Positions 13,401 to 22,051 are shown, counted from the stretch's first letter. The stretch: 64,000 bases of DNA from an uncultured virus (IMG/VR IMGVR_UViG_3300046359_000084) (IMGVR_UViG_3300046359_000084); one strand, 5' to 3'. Numbers and translations: made by a program. The notes: generated by a model not told the origin, from the letters alone.

Positions 13401-14664
13401 GGAACAATTAACACAAGAGTTTAATAACAAACTTATTGATAGAACATTCGATTTATACAAAAATGACTTTGATAAAAGTACATATACAAATATTGCTACA
13501 TCTATTGATCCAGTGATCAAAGATACATGGAGAGTTATCCCTAGTGAAACAAAAACATATATAGAATCTGTATTTGGTAAAGATAAATTCTTTGTTAGAA
13601 ATGATTTAATAAACAATTCATTAGGTTATAGATTACCTTCTGTTAGTGATTTATTTACTGGTAAAACAAAATTATCAAAAGAAACAAAAGATGTTATTGA
13701 AAAAATGATGAGATTAGTTCTTGGATCAAAAGCGTATATATATCTTAAAAATGCTGAAGATGGATTACAAGAATATGTTAAATACACAAAAGAATGGATT
13801 TATTTAAAATCTATTGTTGTCCCTGCTTCTAATACAGCAAGTAATATATTACAATTAGTGATGAATGGAGTACCATTAACATACATTGCTAAAAATGGTT
13901 TAAAAGCGTTATCTGAATTAAAACTTTATCATAAAAATGAATTAAGAGAAATTAAGATAAACACAATATTACCTTCTGTTGATGAACCAACAAAGAAGAA
14001 ATTACAACAAGAACTTAAAGTTATTGAAGAAGTTTTAAATAATTTATCTATTAAACCATTAGTTGATGCTGGAGAGTTTTCTGCTGTTAATGAAGGTGTT
14101 AGTGAAATTGATGGATTGTTATCTGCAAATAATATTGGAGAGTTTTTAAATAATCAAATTAATAAAATTGTAGATACAAAAAAAGTAAATAGTAAGATAC
14201 CTGAATCATTAAAAACAGTTAGTAAGTATGCTATTGTAGCTAAAGATACTGCGTTATATAAAGGCTTAGTACAAACTGTTTTGTATAGTGATTATGTTAG
14301 TAAAGCAATTTACTATAATCATTTAGTAGAAAATCAAAATATGGATATGGAAAATGCTAAACGATTAGTATCTGAGGAATTTATTAATTATAATTTTTTA
14401 CCTGGACGTACTAGATCGTATTTAGAGTCTGTTGGATTATTATGGTTTTGGAATTTTAAAATAAGATCATTAAAAGTAGCAGGAAGAATGATTGTCAATA
14501 ATCCGTTCAAATCATTGCTTGGATCATTGTTTGCATCAGAACTTCCTGCTTATGGATTAGGTACACCAATACAAGATAATATTGTTACTAACTTCTCAGG
14601 AGTAGGAGTTAATAACTTATTACGTCCTGCTGCACATAATCCATTATTAAATGTTATTAGTTAG
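4441..14664 (+). CDS. Virion-encapsidated RNA polymerase (N4 gp50-like vRNAP)
   Basis: 3407 aa; motifs TSVNRLQ, LEIDGIANG (A), RSEIKGSVIPITYGSG (B), IGNGDG and TYDG (C region); HELNH zincin-like motif; no Cys seen. Confidence 0.97.
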   Translation: MDKLIPNLNQIGRNYGITAKDLPKVNSPKSLDYDPNLPTVNEDLSIPNTIDMRSVSQQLKDISLGVGSSAVSTLGNIGGAVIGSDAYNLGNDISNTFNNLKTNYTKNLEQQLSQESDIANKVFDKQVEKAPTSLSALNTRIKQVVANIANTDIEQAASSTFGSALGLAPVIAATGGIGGLAGATGASVGASFGAGLGSLTDAGGQAYQQVINTPIEQLSQTSPLWNNVLEQSNGDPKLARQTLAEITAKDANINPTNVALSFGLGAATNNLAKGLAKGKIINSNLNTPLNVGIEAIGEGIDEGKTTYASNQAIQDNVDPSQSLSEGVTASITQGLVGSGITSTPSLVGNTIQSGLEIAKDVTQKPEDKEVSNIIKEVNKSSETVSSLVQPTENIPNNELIQAANSKLIAGKEDIFNFVSTEYPNVDLNKMYPNSDKETQLSTLAGVNNLMNVINNNDFKTNQEKIETARLFKTLVNDIRDGSIPLLAETTEADKIVNQEIKRQQQLLEQFTQTTKYQNSIKELETLTQEDNKEIEDIISTGSKEDIVLNQRKIKNVFNQTKTVFENNPLGISEKFIKYLYDNKEILSKNTDFTQEDLDFIDTLYNTKQDEQAAKSVNEEINSNVDNADELVKSNVDNVSYEISDIGKADGKKSLSQHIKGIVTALNSETKTARNQDGIDNTADELINNLGGFAGHMKRKAEAAIQSINGGKGEQIKFDPFSGFRQYNKDNERSKASVYVNLGSKNSIYTGLAVFNDAYSTINTYNNMVKEAQRQGLQLETDLIELPQVPEALLKNVSDSVRERFNNIAPVKTTVTEPTQENKQKDKKKTNTSFRSVKKNLKKVVENNPITDTTEPENNIPDSNVNDVKQIPTTKTEGITTKNDSDKTNDNKELFNTLTTKVGKVATNLVNDQVTKTDENITNDKVDNNVHSAGSIQESYYTDEEDLLKTYKTKEFKKITNRSNKDAPLTFKTFFPKIKEGILNVNFYTNLFTDPTRLIEIFNPIVPNNDFETIDSNIVIKRFNNFINKTANSLINNLTDIAKQSAIGKISVGSKNYSSEQALHLRFLLNSQDELDRDLVYKTSMAYVDWSLNLSNEKLITAELLGSKADDYTDYSGKDVHTLVQEVNTLLNLIKKYWGVEEDNNQSQTYTVGIAELLARYLITNSEEFGATLKYINTNESNDDVTQIYETYVLTTKTPYISDPNNKDNTPYNIYKKSYFNQTNFLKKITQNNDDIGYLINEPITDIDSRISGRNTNVTKFTQNAIKQLQNIKLKLNKPMYDLYRRIGQKNLSLLFSLQNKSFKPFDNLNKSFVKTLTGHELTTNENMKIAMSIGSQLDSLNDPEAGVYFKYNTTSVNRLQEAYGGQQSNKHSRQLLLTEEYSVNLKSDDKTDLNWYRAAIAQNLGLVKLEQIDNFRSIVSKLNDFKNKPEVKNFFNYLNDPKQKFDINLINDLKNLFDNEPEEKHIYGLTELNKYLNAIKNNDTFLSTMIVLEIDGIANGYNNAIGNYNTSFLDNKLQTLMQRGGLFYNNDFTTSNEFFNNVTGDTNDSYNNVQSLFIDELQNPNKIIKINDKFSKVSFIDLFPEIRSQVIPLLQSVKLTEENKDISLPRSEIKGSVIPITYGSGSLGTSKKMLKSFLDKVALDLSIQDNVITDQNNLIDTLTFMLSFSELNTNIKTNKDGKKLTTINFKRFNENQIQEIKTNISKRIKNSELFELTKKEFNSAAKVFQSIFGSEVHSITKQTLNSAGRNIDTIQQFTNLQSEVGKRVYEDLREQKLREINKSINELEDNTKNILQLSKNQEKEIFKQLQEDNILTELKHKNHVFDLGTSEKILSKNPLYGFDSFSSNSKSVGSYYTGVEALGVAFSATSNIGNGDGMMIQHFYNNPDIKDILPFITQTYDGIYVPVKYVTRVSEAINKAVWKTYQENLILPVAKQSYNFYTGTLKYLNSVDKDKQQELLSTIIEVSRIKNLQELSDIELVKNYLGNEVKQLVTLAAERQAFIDTVRDHVDVSINQMGGGRIPYIHKASKEKIIDENILREIQEQKFNEYYNKYVTDLKLEKQNKGLGEIKLTNIKSINENQSDIELFDKNLYNKLTQKRNTNGSILLKDIVPELLELKNVPKSLINKIIQLIDPNTVIYLRDIENPDLTSLDQIKDNLFPELKNKSIENGLFTKDLVTRQTHLFINNVSTETLVHELNHVIHVDMFSKYFGDSSLLTAEQVAYIDVLVTLKDEFLELESNDRIVNTVKQIISTDNDVVNMSEFVSWVLTNKQLKTKLENIKLDNSILNKIIIIVDKVFNALVKFFSNSKDKNQDNFYDTLLFTYLRALPKNKKDINPIQLLQVNTLNQKQINSFTEINTKISALVQKHQDRFKTVSEPNKTMFKDINNQRSSDNKLITNQLETVFNFSPVEKITFKNLMNLFDLGLVNKSYNINKLQQVYNKFINEVSYKDFIDSNTTENQARLKYENMTGFNENNLKVFFALSQTNSMVQDVLSRLIFKENKLTGIAISDKLNNLKIDILNSIDPVNVVGNGATLMNGITVDYLNSELEALDELERLNQTKYNIDGKITTAVVDLFNKVTDDKYKDVFKTNAISAAFDRASALIGKSDTKLPQALKDIFKELVGKTVTSENIENLMNIVKDKVQSVKNSYKTILPQNIKEEFKTNPDNKVFENLTTTVGKTDIFSLGSTRSFNEIFKILSSDKNVQEEISIIEKRLKNKDYIRKSKQLANYLITGSAGFNLLTNANSISILAGESNFLDVDPSDTVVQDIDHLVSLYAFQQTTDSNKQELRDLIKNDTSGLHILLSNLHELNQNENNKTLGSEINKYNRRKGYLPFSIRDGKKLIIATDTQKLKLLEDGFVRVGDYTDPVSKVKKGYYLSSVIGSPYLQGIMQTVNNSINGMNVYSGQDMTGQFADYITDTLSIDKIYDATKNNPNAAESYIPVIGLKGTIIAYQRNMRQNMLDLLNQEKDLTNLMGIMKSRQVEEQLTQEFNNKLIDRTFDLYKNDFDKSTYTNIATSIDPVIKDTWRVIPSETKTYIESVFGKDKFFVRNDLINNSLGYRLPSVSDLFTGKTKLSKETKDVIEKMMRLVLGSKAYIYLKNAEDGLQEYVKYTKEWIYLKSIVVPASNTASNILQLVMNGVPLTYIAKNGLKALSELKLYHKNELREIKINTILPSVDEPTKKKLQQELKVIEEVLNNLSIKPLVDAGEFSAVNEGVSEIDGLLSANNIGEFLNNQINKIVDTKKVNSKIPESLKTVSKYAIVAKDTALYKGLVQTVLYSDYVSKAIYYNHLVENQNMDMENAKRLVSEEFINYNFLPGRTRSYLESVGLLWFWNFKIRSLKVAGRMIVNNPFKSLLGSLFASELPAYGLGTPIQDNIVTNFSGVGVNNLLRPAAHNPLLNVIS

Positions 14665-14812
14665 TATCATCATTGTCTTTAGTTTCATTTAAGAAACCAT
14701 AAACAATAGCTGCAATTATAAGAGGAACAATAAGATATGTTCCTCCTAATAATAATAAAAAAGATAGTACGAATACACCTATAGCTATAAGTAGTTTAGT
14801 AGTAGTATTCAT
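14657..14812 (-). CDS. Small membrane protein (51 aa, not in ORF track)
   Basis: Hand translation MNTTTKLLIAIGVFVLSFLLLLGGTYLIVPLIIAAIVYGFLNETKDNDDTN; AGGTAGGT upstream; fills the gap convergent with vRNAP. Confidence 0.6.
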   Translation of the reverse strand: MNTTTKLLIAIGVFVLSFLLLLGGTYLIVPLIIAAIVYGFLNETKDNDDTN

Positions 14813-14823
14813 AGATACCTACC

Positions 14824-15276
14824 TTACAAATTAAATCTTGGTTTTTTAGCAGCAGGTTTGACTTCTTCTTCTACTGATTCAAGTTCAGATTGAATTTCAT
14901 CATCTTCTTGAATTTTAAATACAGACTGTTTAATTGTTGTAGGGGTTACAACAGTAACCTCTTCTTCAATTACTTCTGGTTCTACTTCTTCTACTGGTTC
15001 AAGAACTTCTTTTGTAGTAATAAGTTTATGAACTTTCTTAGGAGCTTCTTCTTTTACTGGTTCAATGATTGGACGAGTAACTGTTACAGTTGTACTAGCA
15101 ACAGAATCAAAAATATTGATTGTAGCTGATAAACCATTAGCACCTCTTCCTGCTGTAAAATCAACAGTAATATGTTTGTGATCTGCATCTTTTAATTGAG
15201 TAGTTTTAAGATGATCAATAATTGCTTCTACAATTAATTTTTCTGTAATTGTAATAATCATATCTGGATTAGACAT
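14824..15276 (-). CDS. Conserved N4-like hypothetical protein (gp46-like position)
   Basis: DFTAGRG motif and acidic Pro-rich tail; follows SSB. Confidence 0.55.
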   Translation of the reverse strand: MSNPDMIITITEKLIVEAIIDHLKTTQLKDADHKHITVDFTAGRGANGLSATINIFDSVASTTVTVTRPIIEPVKEEAPKKVHKLITTKEVLEPVEEVEPEVIEEEVTVVTPTTIKQSVFKIQEDDEIQSELESVEEEVKPAAKKPRFNL

Positions 15277-15284
15277 AGTTTTTC

Positions 15285-16016
15285 CTATAATAAAGATGTT
15301 CTTTTTGTTGTTGTTGTAGGCTTAGTTCCTGCTGTTTTTACAGCAGAATTTGATGTAGATCCTTTAGTTGTTTTATCTTGGATTTTGTTTAGATTTTTTT
15401 GTAACCATGTTTCTTTCCAAGATATTGCATTTGGATCAATATCATCATCTCTTGTTGCTTCGGTAAATGTATAATGATTTTTTACTGTAAGAAATTTATC
15501 AATAACATTAGCTTCTTTTGAACCATCGACAATCCATACACCATTTTCTTGTTTCTTCTTATCAGTTAAAACTTTTAAAACAGCAACAACAATTTTAGCA
15601 TCTGTTAAATCTGGTAAAATTATTTTAGATGTAGGTATTTTTTCTTTAGACTCATAGTCGTATAGTTCAATCATTTTAGATTTCTTACGAGCAAGACATT
15701 CAGTAAAATCTTTAACATCTCCTTTTGAACCAGTAACTAACTGACATAAAGAATTAATAAGATTATAACCTTTTAATGGTTTACCGTTCTTATCTAAGTT
15801 ACTACCTTCTTTAGTGGTAATAAATACTTTGTCTGAAAGTTCTTGATTATTAATATCTATAATAATGTGTGCAGCTACTGATTCAGAATTTTGTGCTTTA
15901 TCTAAATATACTACTTTAATAGTAGCATCGTAAAGATTACTATCAAATAAAGAATAGTTGCCTCCAATAGTATCGTCATCACCTTCAATTTTAGTGATGT
16001 GTAAATTATCAAACAT
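15285..16016 (-). CDS. Single-stranded DNA-binding protein (N4 gp45-like)
   Basis: 243 aa; DTIGG..LFDSNLYDATIK N-terminus, low-complexity tail ending RTSLL; synteny after the gp44-like ATPase. Confidence 0.8.
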   Translation of the reverse strand: MFDNLHITKIEGDDDTIGGNYSLFDSNLYDATIKVVYLDKAQNSESVAAHIIIDINNQELSDKVFITTKEGSNLDKNGKPLKGYNLINSLCQLVTGSKGDVKDFTECLARKKSKMIELYDYESKEKIPTSKIILPDLTDAKIVVAVLKVLTDKKKQENGVWIVDGSKEANVIDKFLTVKNHYTFTEATRDDDIDPNAISWKETWLQKNLNKIQDKTTKGSTSNSAVKTAGTKPTTTTKRTSLL

Positions 16017-16032
16017 ATTGTTTGTTTCCTTT

Positions 16033-16755
16033 CTAGTTATAGTATTGTTTTAGTCGTTCTAAAACAGCATAGACATTATTATCTATAAATGTTTCTTGTT
16101 TAGTAAATAGATCTTCAGGAGATTTAATAATCTCCCCTACAGTATCTTTGGTTACTCTTGTTTGAAAGACATATTTGTTTCCAATATCTCTATCTCGTTC
16201 TGTAATATTAAGTAATGGATTATCTTTTATGTATGGTTCAAGTTGATCCAACTCAACACTCTTTGCTGATAGTACAGTAGTGAAATACGCTTCTAGTTTA
16301 GTATCTTTAAGTGATCCTTTAACAGGTGCAGATATATTAAACTGACCTTTCTTAGCATCAAATACTGAACTTGAATGAGCATATACGACTACATCTATAG
16401 GACAAGTAGAACATTTTTGTTCCATAAGTGTTTTAAAGAACTGTGCATAATTACCCCAAGCCACTTGTCCATTAGCACTACCTACTACATATTGAGATTC
16501 ATACTTCTGCATTAAAAATGTTACAGTGTCTAATAACACTGCATCATATTTTGTTGTTTGTTGTATGTCATCGAAATACTCTAATACTTCTATTGGATCA
16601 ACAATAACAACATTTTTAAAGTTATTTTTAAAAGGAGGTTTCTTATTAGAATCACATATCATGTTTATGATACGTCCGTGATCAGGAAAATCTCTTGCAG
16701 ACATTGATTTACCTGCACCAGATTCTCCTCTGATCATTATTACATTACTTGTCAT
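16033..16755 (-). CDS. P-loop ATPase, Sak4-like (N4 gp44-like)
   Basis: Walker A GESGAGKS, Walker B VLLDT, LEAYFTTV, YVFQTR. Confidence 0.85.
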   Translation of the reverse strand: MTSNVIMIRGESGAGKSMSARDFPDHGRIINMICDSNKKPPFKNNFKNVVIVDPIEVLEYFDDIQQTTKYDAVLLDTVTFLMQKYESQYVVGSANGQVAWGNYAQFFKTLMEQKCSTCPIDVVVYAHSSSVFDAKKGQFNISAPVKGSLKDTKLEAYFTTVLSAKSVELDQLEPYIKDNPLLNITERDRDIGNKYVFQTRVTKDTVGEIIKSPEDLFTKQETFIDNNVYAVLERLKQYYN

Positions 16756-17077
16756 TTTCTTCTTTCTTTTTATCTTTTAATATTAAATCATTTACAGGAA
16801 GTCTTAACAATAATGATAAAATGTATAATTGTCTTGAATCTATATATGTGAAAGCATCTTTTTTTAATAAGTCGTTTAAATAACCAATAAGCGTATTATC
16901 AATAGTAAGATCATGTTTCATTAAAACTGATTTAAATATTATTTTATACATCTCTAAATATTTATTAATTAAATCGTCAGTAGTTAAATTTAATTTAATT
17001 AATTGATTATTAATTAAATCAATATTCAATTTTGTGTGTATCAAAACATAGCAGTAGTCTAACATATTGTGCTGCAT
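16745..17077 (-). CDS. Hypothetical protein
   Basis: 110-aa ORF tightly coupled to both neighbours. Confidence 0.55.
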   Translation of the reverse strand: MQHNMLDYCYVLIHTKLNIDLINNQLIKLNLTTDDLINKYLEMYKIIFKSVLMKHDLTIDNTLIGYLNDLLKKDAFTYIDSRQLYILSLLLRLPVNDLILKDKKKEENDK

Positions 17078-19278
17078 TACTTCACTTTCCTAGCTACAGT
17101 TAATAGTACAGTATTTTTTAATTCTAATTCAGTTAATGGATTAGGAATTTGTTTATTAAGATTAAGAATTTTATTCTCAATATCAACATAGTTATATCCA
17201 GCATCTTTAAGACATAAAGCATATTTTAAAAATGTGTTATTGCGATTACCTTCTTGCATTTCTAAAGCAAAAAATTTCTCAATAGCATTAAGTGAACTTA
17301 GTTTAATATTATTAGATAAAAATTCTTCATTCTTAGAAGTCTTAGGAATAAATGGTAATGGGTTTAACAACATACCTTCATTTAAATGATATATGTCTGT
17401 TTCATTAGACATAGATTTTTTACATCTACTGTTATATGAATGATCTACTTTAAACGGTATCCATTCAAATATATTATTCATAAACTGTCTATATTCATCT
17501 GAACCAAAACGAAGAATATATTTTATAGGTAATATAATTCTAAATCTAGGTTGTTCGTCAGTATGTCTTTTAGTGGTATGTAAGAAGAATGTGTATTCTT
17601 TTAACAATACTTTTACAAGTTCAATACTTATGATTGGTTCATTTGGATTATCATTATCTACATCTAATACAACTGTGTTAAATCCATTAATTGTATTACT
17701 ATCACTACGGTGTTCTTTATCAAATTGATGATTACAATAATGAATATCATTTGTTTCAGTTAATCCAATAAGATGATCAAATGGTATTAAATTAGCTTTA
17801 TAGTTATAAGCTAAATCTGTTGACATAGATAATAGTAATTCATCTATGTTTGTTTCTTTTAGCTTATCAGCACTAAAAAACTCAATACTATCAATATATT
17901 CTTTCTTGATAATAACACAGTTTTTATATCCCCAAGCCATTGCAAGATTCATAAGTTCATTACGTTGAGTTGATGATGTTTTATAGAAAGCTAATGCTTC
18001 ATGTAAATCAGCATGAGTTAAATTCTGTTTTGACTCAGCAATATAATTTGCTAATTTAACATAATTCTTTTCTCTAGTAAGAATCTTTTGAAATGCTTTA
18101 CCAGATTCTTCTACAAGTTTAATTGCAGATTCAATATGAGATATTTCAATAAATAATGATTCATCAATAAAAGCATATATTCCTGCAATCTTTAATACTC
18201 TGAAATATCTATGAGCTATTTCAGATTTCTTAATTTCATCAGATTCTGGTAATAAACTAGCTGCTTTCTCACAGTTTAGTTTGTATTGGATCAATAAAAT
18301 ACTAACATCATCTTCCATCTCTAAAGCCATATTATGCTTTACTGGATCAGCTAATTTAATAAAATGATTAGACCATTTATCAATGATTTGTTTATTATGT
18401 GGTGAAGATAGTTTGTTAAAAATAGCTATAGCATCTGTTGGATCATCTTCTTTAACAGATCTTATTCCATGACCAAAAATACATCTACGAGCATAACCAG
18501 TTTCTAGTAATTCGTAAAATTCTTGTTCTGTTTTACCACCATCTAGTAACTTAGAAGGTGTACCAAACAATAACATATTAGCTGGAGTACAACCATCAAG
18601 ATCTTCTGATCTTTTGTTATCATTAGATTGTTTAGTAATCTTTTGTTTGATTTTACCTTTATCATACAGTTCTAAGAAGCAATGTAATAATTCTCCATTA
18701 CCTACAAGGTTTGAACCAATTTCATCAATTTGTAAGTTAATTGAACCACAATCAGCAAGTAAAAATTTATCTCTTAATTGTTTAGTTGCAGCAGGTGAAC
18801 CAGAATCAAATGTAAAGTTAGGAGGACCTAATCTAGCAAATTCTTTATCTAGTTTAGTTTTTTCTTCTTGTTCTTCTGTACCATAAGATGCAGATTTGAT
18901 AGCAGCTAATTGCCATAAGTTTTGATCACTTATTATTTTAAACGTATCATTTAAAAATCTATGTTTAAATCCTGTTAATAGTTTTTCTTCTATAAATCCT
19001 ACACTTGTACCTTTACCATAACCTGATGGTGCTAAAGCAATAGCATAAATATTTATAGGTATTTCATCACCAAAGACTTTAGAGTCTATTGTCGTTCGCA
19101 TAGAACTACAGATTTTACCTAAAAAATGTATGAGTACAATTCTAAAAAAATCTAAAGATTCGTTACCAGTTTTATGAGATAATATTGTTGTAATTTCTTC
19201 AATACATGGGTGATGATGATACTTAGTAACATCAATCGTTGTCATTAAAATATTCCTTTCTTTGTTCACAAAAATCAT
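17077..19278 (-). CDS. DNA primase (N4 gp43-like); true start probably MTTIDV near 19245
   Basis: LAPSGYGKG, QIDEIGSNL, ETGYARRC, VLDVD, HTTKRH, C-terminal EGNRNNT primase C-terminal-like motif. Confidence 0.85.
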   Translation of the reverse strand: MIFVNKERNILMTTIDVTKYHHHPCIEEITTILSHKTGNESLDFFRIVLIHFLGKICSSMRTTIDSKVFGDEIPINIYAIALAPSGYGKGTSVGFIEEKLLTGFKHRFLNDTFKIISDQNLWQLAAIKSASYGTEEQEEKTKLDKEFARLGPPNFTFDSGSPAATKQLRDKFLLADCGSINLQIDEIGSNLVGNGELLHCFLELYDKGKIKQKITKQSNDNKRSEDLDGCTPANMLLFGTPSKLLDGGKTEQEFYELLETGYARRCIFGHGIRSVKEDDPTDAIAIFNKLSSPHNKQIIDKWSNHFIKLADPVKHNMALEMEDDVSILLIQYKLNCEKAASLLPESDEIKKSEIAHRYFRVLKIAGIYAFIDESLFIEISHIESAIKLVEESGKAFQKILTREKNYVKLANYIAESKQNLTHADLHEALAFYKTSSTQRNELMNLAMAWGYKNCVIIKKEYIDSIEFFSADKLKETNIDELLLSMSTDLAYNYKANLIPFDHLIGLTETNDIHYCNHQFDKEHRSDSNTINGFNTVVLDVDNDNPNEPIISIELVKVLLKEYTFFLHTTKRHTDEQPRFRIILPIKYILRFGSDEYRQFMNNIFEWIPFKVDHSYNSRCKKSMSNETDIYHLNEGMLLNPLPFIPKTSKNEEFLSNNIKLSSLNAIEKFFALEMQEGNRNNTFLKYALCLKDAGYNYVDIENKILNLNKQIPNPLTELELKNTVLLTVARKVK

Positions 19279-20248
19279 AAACAGGACAATATAAGCAAGC
19301 CTTTGGTTCAGATTCTACAGTTTTGATAATACCTTTACCCATTTCTTTAAGATGCTGATGTGCTTCTAAGAAATCAGTAAAGTTTTTTGTTGATCTTGAA
19401 CCAGGTAAATTAGCTTTGTTTGAATCAGTGTAGTATTTGTATGTTGGTTCAGATTGCCAAAGATCTTTCTTTGTACAACGAATCATGTCTGATTGTGTAA
19501 GTTTTTTATTATATTCAATTTCTTCTATTTTGTTTAAAATAAATTGTTCAGTATCTTTAACAGACATTAAATCATAATGTTCTGATAATGATTTTGTTAC
19601 AGGATAATGTTCTTGTTTACCAACTCTATTACGAGTCCAGTCAGAGAATTTATAATCAATACAAATTGTATCTTTTGTAATTAACTCTGGTGCTAACCAA
19701 CGATAAATTGATCCTTGAAGAATATAATCTTCTTCTTTGGAAGATTTTTCTTCTGTTGCTGCTTTAATTGATGTGTATGTAAATGTTGATGTATTTTTAA
19801 CATCAATTAATTGACCATCAAATATAGCATCAACTTGTCCTGATATGATATAACCATTTAATTCTTTAAAGAATCTACGTTCTAAATAAATAGGTATATT
19901 ATGATCTTGTACATTTTTAGGATTTGGATCAATAATAAATGCTTTAGATTCTTCATCTGTATAGCCATACATTTGAAGTAGGTTATATAAATGTTCACTT
20001 CTCCAAGTTTTTTCAACTGAGTCATGTACTGCTGAACCAACACGAGAGGATACAAGATCTGATATATCAATTTGTAAATCTGATAGATCAATTTGTTTTT
20101 TTATAACAGTTTGTCTTGTGGGCTTGAGTAGTGTTGTAGCTGATATTAATTCTTTACCTGGGTATAAGTTTTGTCCATTGTTGTATGAACTATCTAATAA
20201 CCATATAGCACTAAAAGTATTGATATTATGTTTGTTCGTGTATTTCAT
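19232..20248 (-). CDS. PD-(D/E)XK exonuclease (N4 gp42-like)
   Basis: ISATTLLKP, SGQVD...DVK, YILQGSIYRWL, C-terminal CLYCPVYDFC. Confidence 0.85.
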   Translation of the reverse strand: MKYTNKHNINTFSAIWLLDSSYNNGQNLYPGKELISATTLLKPTRQTVIKKQIDLSDLQIDISDLVSSRVGSAVHDSVEKTWRSEHLYNLLQMYGYTDEESKAFIIDPNPKNVQDHNIPIYLERRFFKELNGYIISGQVDAIFDGQLIDVKNTSTFTYTSIKAATEEKSSKEEDYILQGSIYRWLAPELITKDTICIDYKFSDWTRNRVGKQEHYPVTKSLSEHYDLMSVKDTEQFILNKIEEIEYNKKLTQSDMIRCTKKDLWQSEPTYKYYTDSNKANLPGSRSTKNFTDFLEAHQHLKEMGKGIIKTVESEPKACLYCPVYDFCEQRKEYFNDND

Positions 20249-20414
20249 TAGTAATTTCTTTCACGTTATAAATTTTATGTGATGGTTCATTATCTCTACT
20301 ACAGATATAATAATCTGATTCATTATCATACTGACAGTAAATATTTTTATCAATACCTTTAAAATATTTTCTACAGTTACCTTTATTACAATGAGTAAAT
20401 GTAATATTAATCAT
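20226..20414 (-). CDS. Hypothetical protein
   Basis: 62 aa, ends in CSRDNEPSH, coupled to neighbours. Confidence 0.5.
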   Translation of the reverse strand: MINITFTHCNKGNCRKYFKGIDKNIYCQYDNESDYYICSRDNEPSHKIYNVKEITNEIHEQT

Positions 20415-21165
20415 TAATAATTTTCCAATATTTTACTTTTATAATTTGATTATATAAATTTAATGATATTTTTTGATACAACGGTTTCCATTCACTATAT
20501 AAATTAAGACCATCATCACACCAATTAATAAATATTGTTAAGTTTAAGTCTTTTGGTTCAACATTTTGTAATTTTAGTGTTCTACAATTATTTCTTTCGT
20601 ATAATACATTTAATCTATCTTCTTCATGTAATTGAATGTAATCTTTTTTTGGTTCAATAAGTTTCCATAATTGATCTGCTAAAGATATTGTTTCTTTTAA
20701 CACATAATTAAAATCTTTATAATCAGGTATATTTTTAAAACTTGCTTGATTTTCTCTTAAAGGACTAAAATCATTATAGTGTGCAGTATCAAAACCAATA
20801 ACATAACTACCTATTGTTGATGGTATTACACTGGTTCTATCTACTTCTACATATTCACTTTGAGTAACTCCTCCATGAACATCTGCATCAATACTATATT
20901 TATGATTAGGATCAATTTCTAATAGATGAACTAAAGAATCAGGTATATAAACATATCCACATAAATGTCCTGCATGAGTCATTCTTAATATTTGACATTG
21001 AAATGTTGATTTTTTATGTATGAAATCAAATCTGTTTGGTTCATAACTCCATACACCTTCATTAAGGTATTCTATTGGAGTCTGTATAACATCTTGATTC
21101 TCATTATAAATAATATCATTTTTATATACTGATAGTATTTTTTCATATTTTTCTGTGTTTAACAT
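20407..21165 (-). CDS. Conserved phage hypothetical protein
   Basis: GHLCGYV...VHGGVT...IGFDTAH motif set common in phage proteins, plus an extra C-terminal region. Confidence 0.6.
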   Translation of the reverse strand: MLNTEKYEKILSVYKNDIIYNENQDVIQTPIEYLNEGVWSYEPNRFDFIHKKSTFQCQILRMTHAGHLCGYVYIPDSLVHLLEIDPNHKYSIDADVHGGVTQSEYVEVDRTSVIPSTIGSYVIGFDTAHYNDFSPLRENQASFKNIPDYKDFNYVLKETISLADQLWKLIEPKKDYIQLHEEDRLNVLYERNNCRTLKLQNVEPKDLNLTIFINWCDDGLNLYSEWKPLYQKISLNLYNQIIKVKYWKIIND

Positions 21166-21167
21166 AA

Positions 21168-21599
21168 TTACTCTTCTTGTAAGTATTCTTTTTTACATAC
21201 CCTATTTGACCATTCTGTCTCATCATCAGGTATTGGTTCGTACTGTGCTGTACTTAATAATAAATTATTTAACTCTATAGCTTTCTTTGTTAATGAGTTT
21301 TTTAATTCATTCTCTAATGCTTTTAAAAATTCTGGTGATAAAGTATCTACAAGAAATGATCTTTTATTACCATTATTGTAGTTATCAGATATAGATATTT
21401 TAATTGTTGAATCGTGAAAACTATCTAAAAATTTATTATTATGTAAATCATTTAATATATTTTGGAGATAATCAAAATTATGTAATCTACCTTGTTTTAT
21501 ATAAAAATCAAGTTCACGTTTTAAAGAGTCTGTTATTTTTTCACTCTTTTGATATATGTTATTTATTTCATGTAGTAATGTTTGTACAGTTTTAGACAT
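21168..21599 (-). CDS. Hypothetical protein
   Basis: 143-aa ORF with AAGGA RBS. Confidence 0.55.
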   Translation of the reverse strand: MSKTVQTLLHEINNIYQKSEKITDSLKRELDFYIKQGRLHNFDYLQNILNDLHNNKFLDSFHDSTIKISISDNYNNGNKRSFLVDTLSPEFLKALENELKNSLTKKAIELNNLLLSTAQYEPIPDDETEWSNRVCKKEYLQEE

Positions 21600-21610
21600 A
21601 ATTTTAATCC

Positions 21611-21802
21611 TTATTTATTTATTTTTATAAATCGTTCTTGTTTACGGTGTGTAACACATTTCGTATATCTTGCTTGATATTCAATAGTAATACCTGTTTC
21701 ATTAATTTTAATAATTGTACCAGTATTAAACTTTCTATGTAATGGATCAATGTATGCTACTTGATCTCCTACTTTTACTTCTTGATTTAAGAAATCAATC
21801 AT
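21611..21802 (-). CDS. Small SH3/KOW-like hypothetical protein
   Basis: DFLNQEVKVGDQVAY pattern. Confidence 0.55.
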   Translation of the reverse strand: MIDFLNQEVKVGDQVAYIDPLHRKFNTGTIIKINETGITIEYQARYTKCVTHRKQERFIKINK

Positions 21803-21805
21803 TGT

Positions 21806-22048
21806 TTATTCCTCATATGAATCAATAGTAATTGTTACGTTTACAAGTTCAACTAATGTATCAGGATAATGTTCATAATCGAAAACATATCCACTACTCA
21901 ATTCTATATAATCATAATTTCGATCACACATCATACATAGCATTTCTGTATTTGAAGTATTGTCTTTTAAAAATAAACTGCCTGTTAATACTTCATTTAT
22001 AGGTATTTTTTTAGGTTCATAAAGTTTACTAATAATTGTTAGTGACAT
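21806..22048 (-). CDS. Hypothetical protein
   Basis: 80-aa ORF with RBS. Confidence 0.5.
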   Translation of the reverse strand: MSLTIISKLYEPKKIPINEVLTGSLFLKDNTSNTEMLCMMCDRNYDYIELSSGYVFDYEHYPDTLVELVNVTITIDSYEE

Positions 22049-22051
22049 AAG

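Noticed and set aside
1210..13616. Minus-strand ORFs inside the virion genes (1210, 2040, 3618, 5604, 6798, 6817, 11109, 12072, 13323)
   Set aside because: Antisense shadows of long coding genes, with no recognisable motifs
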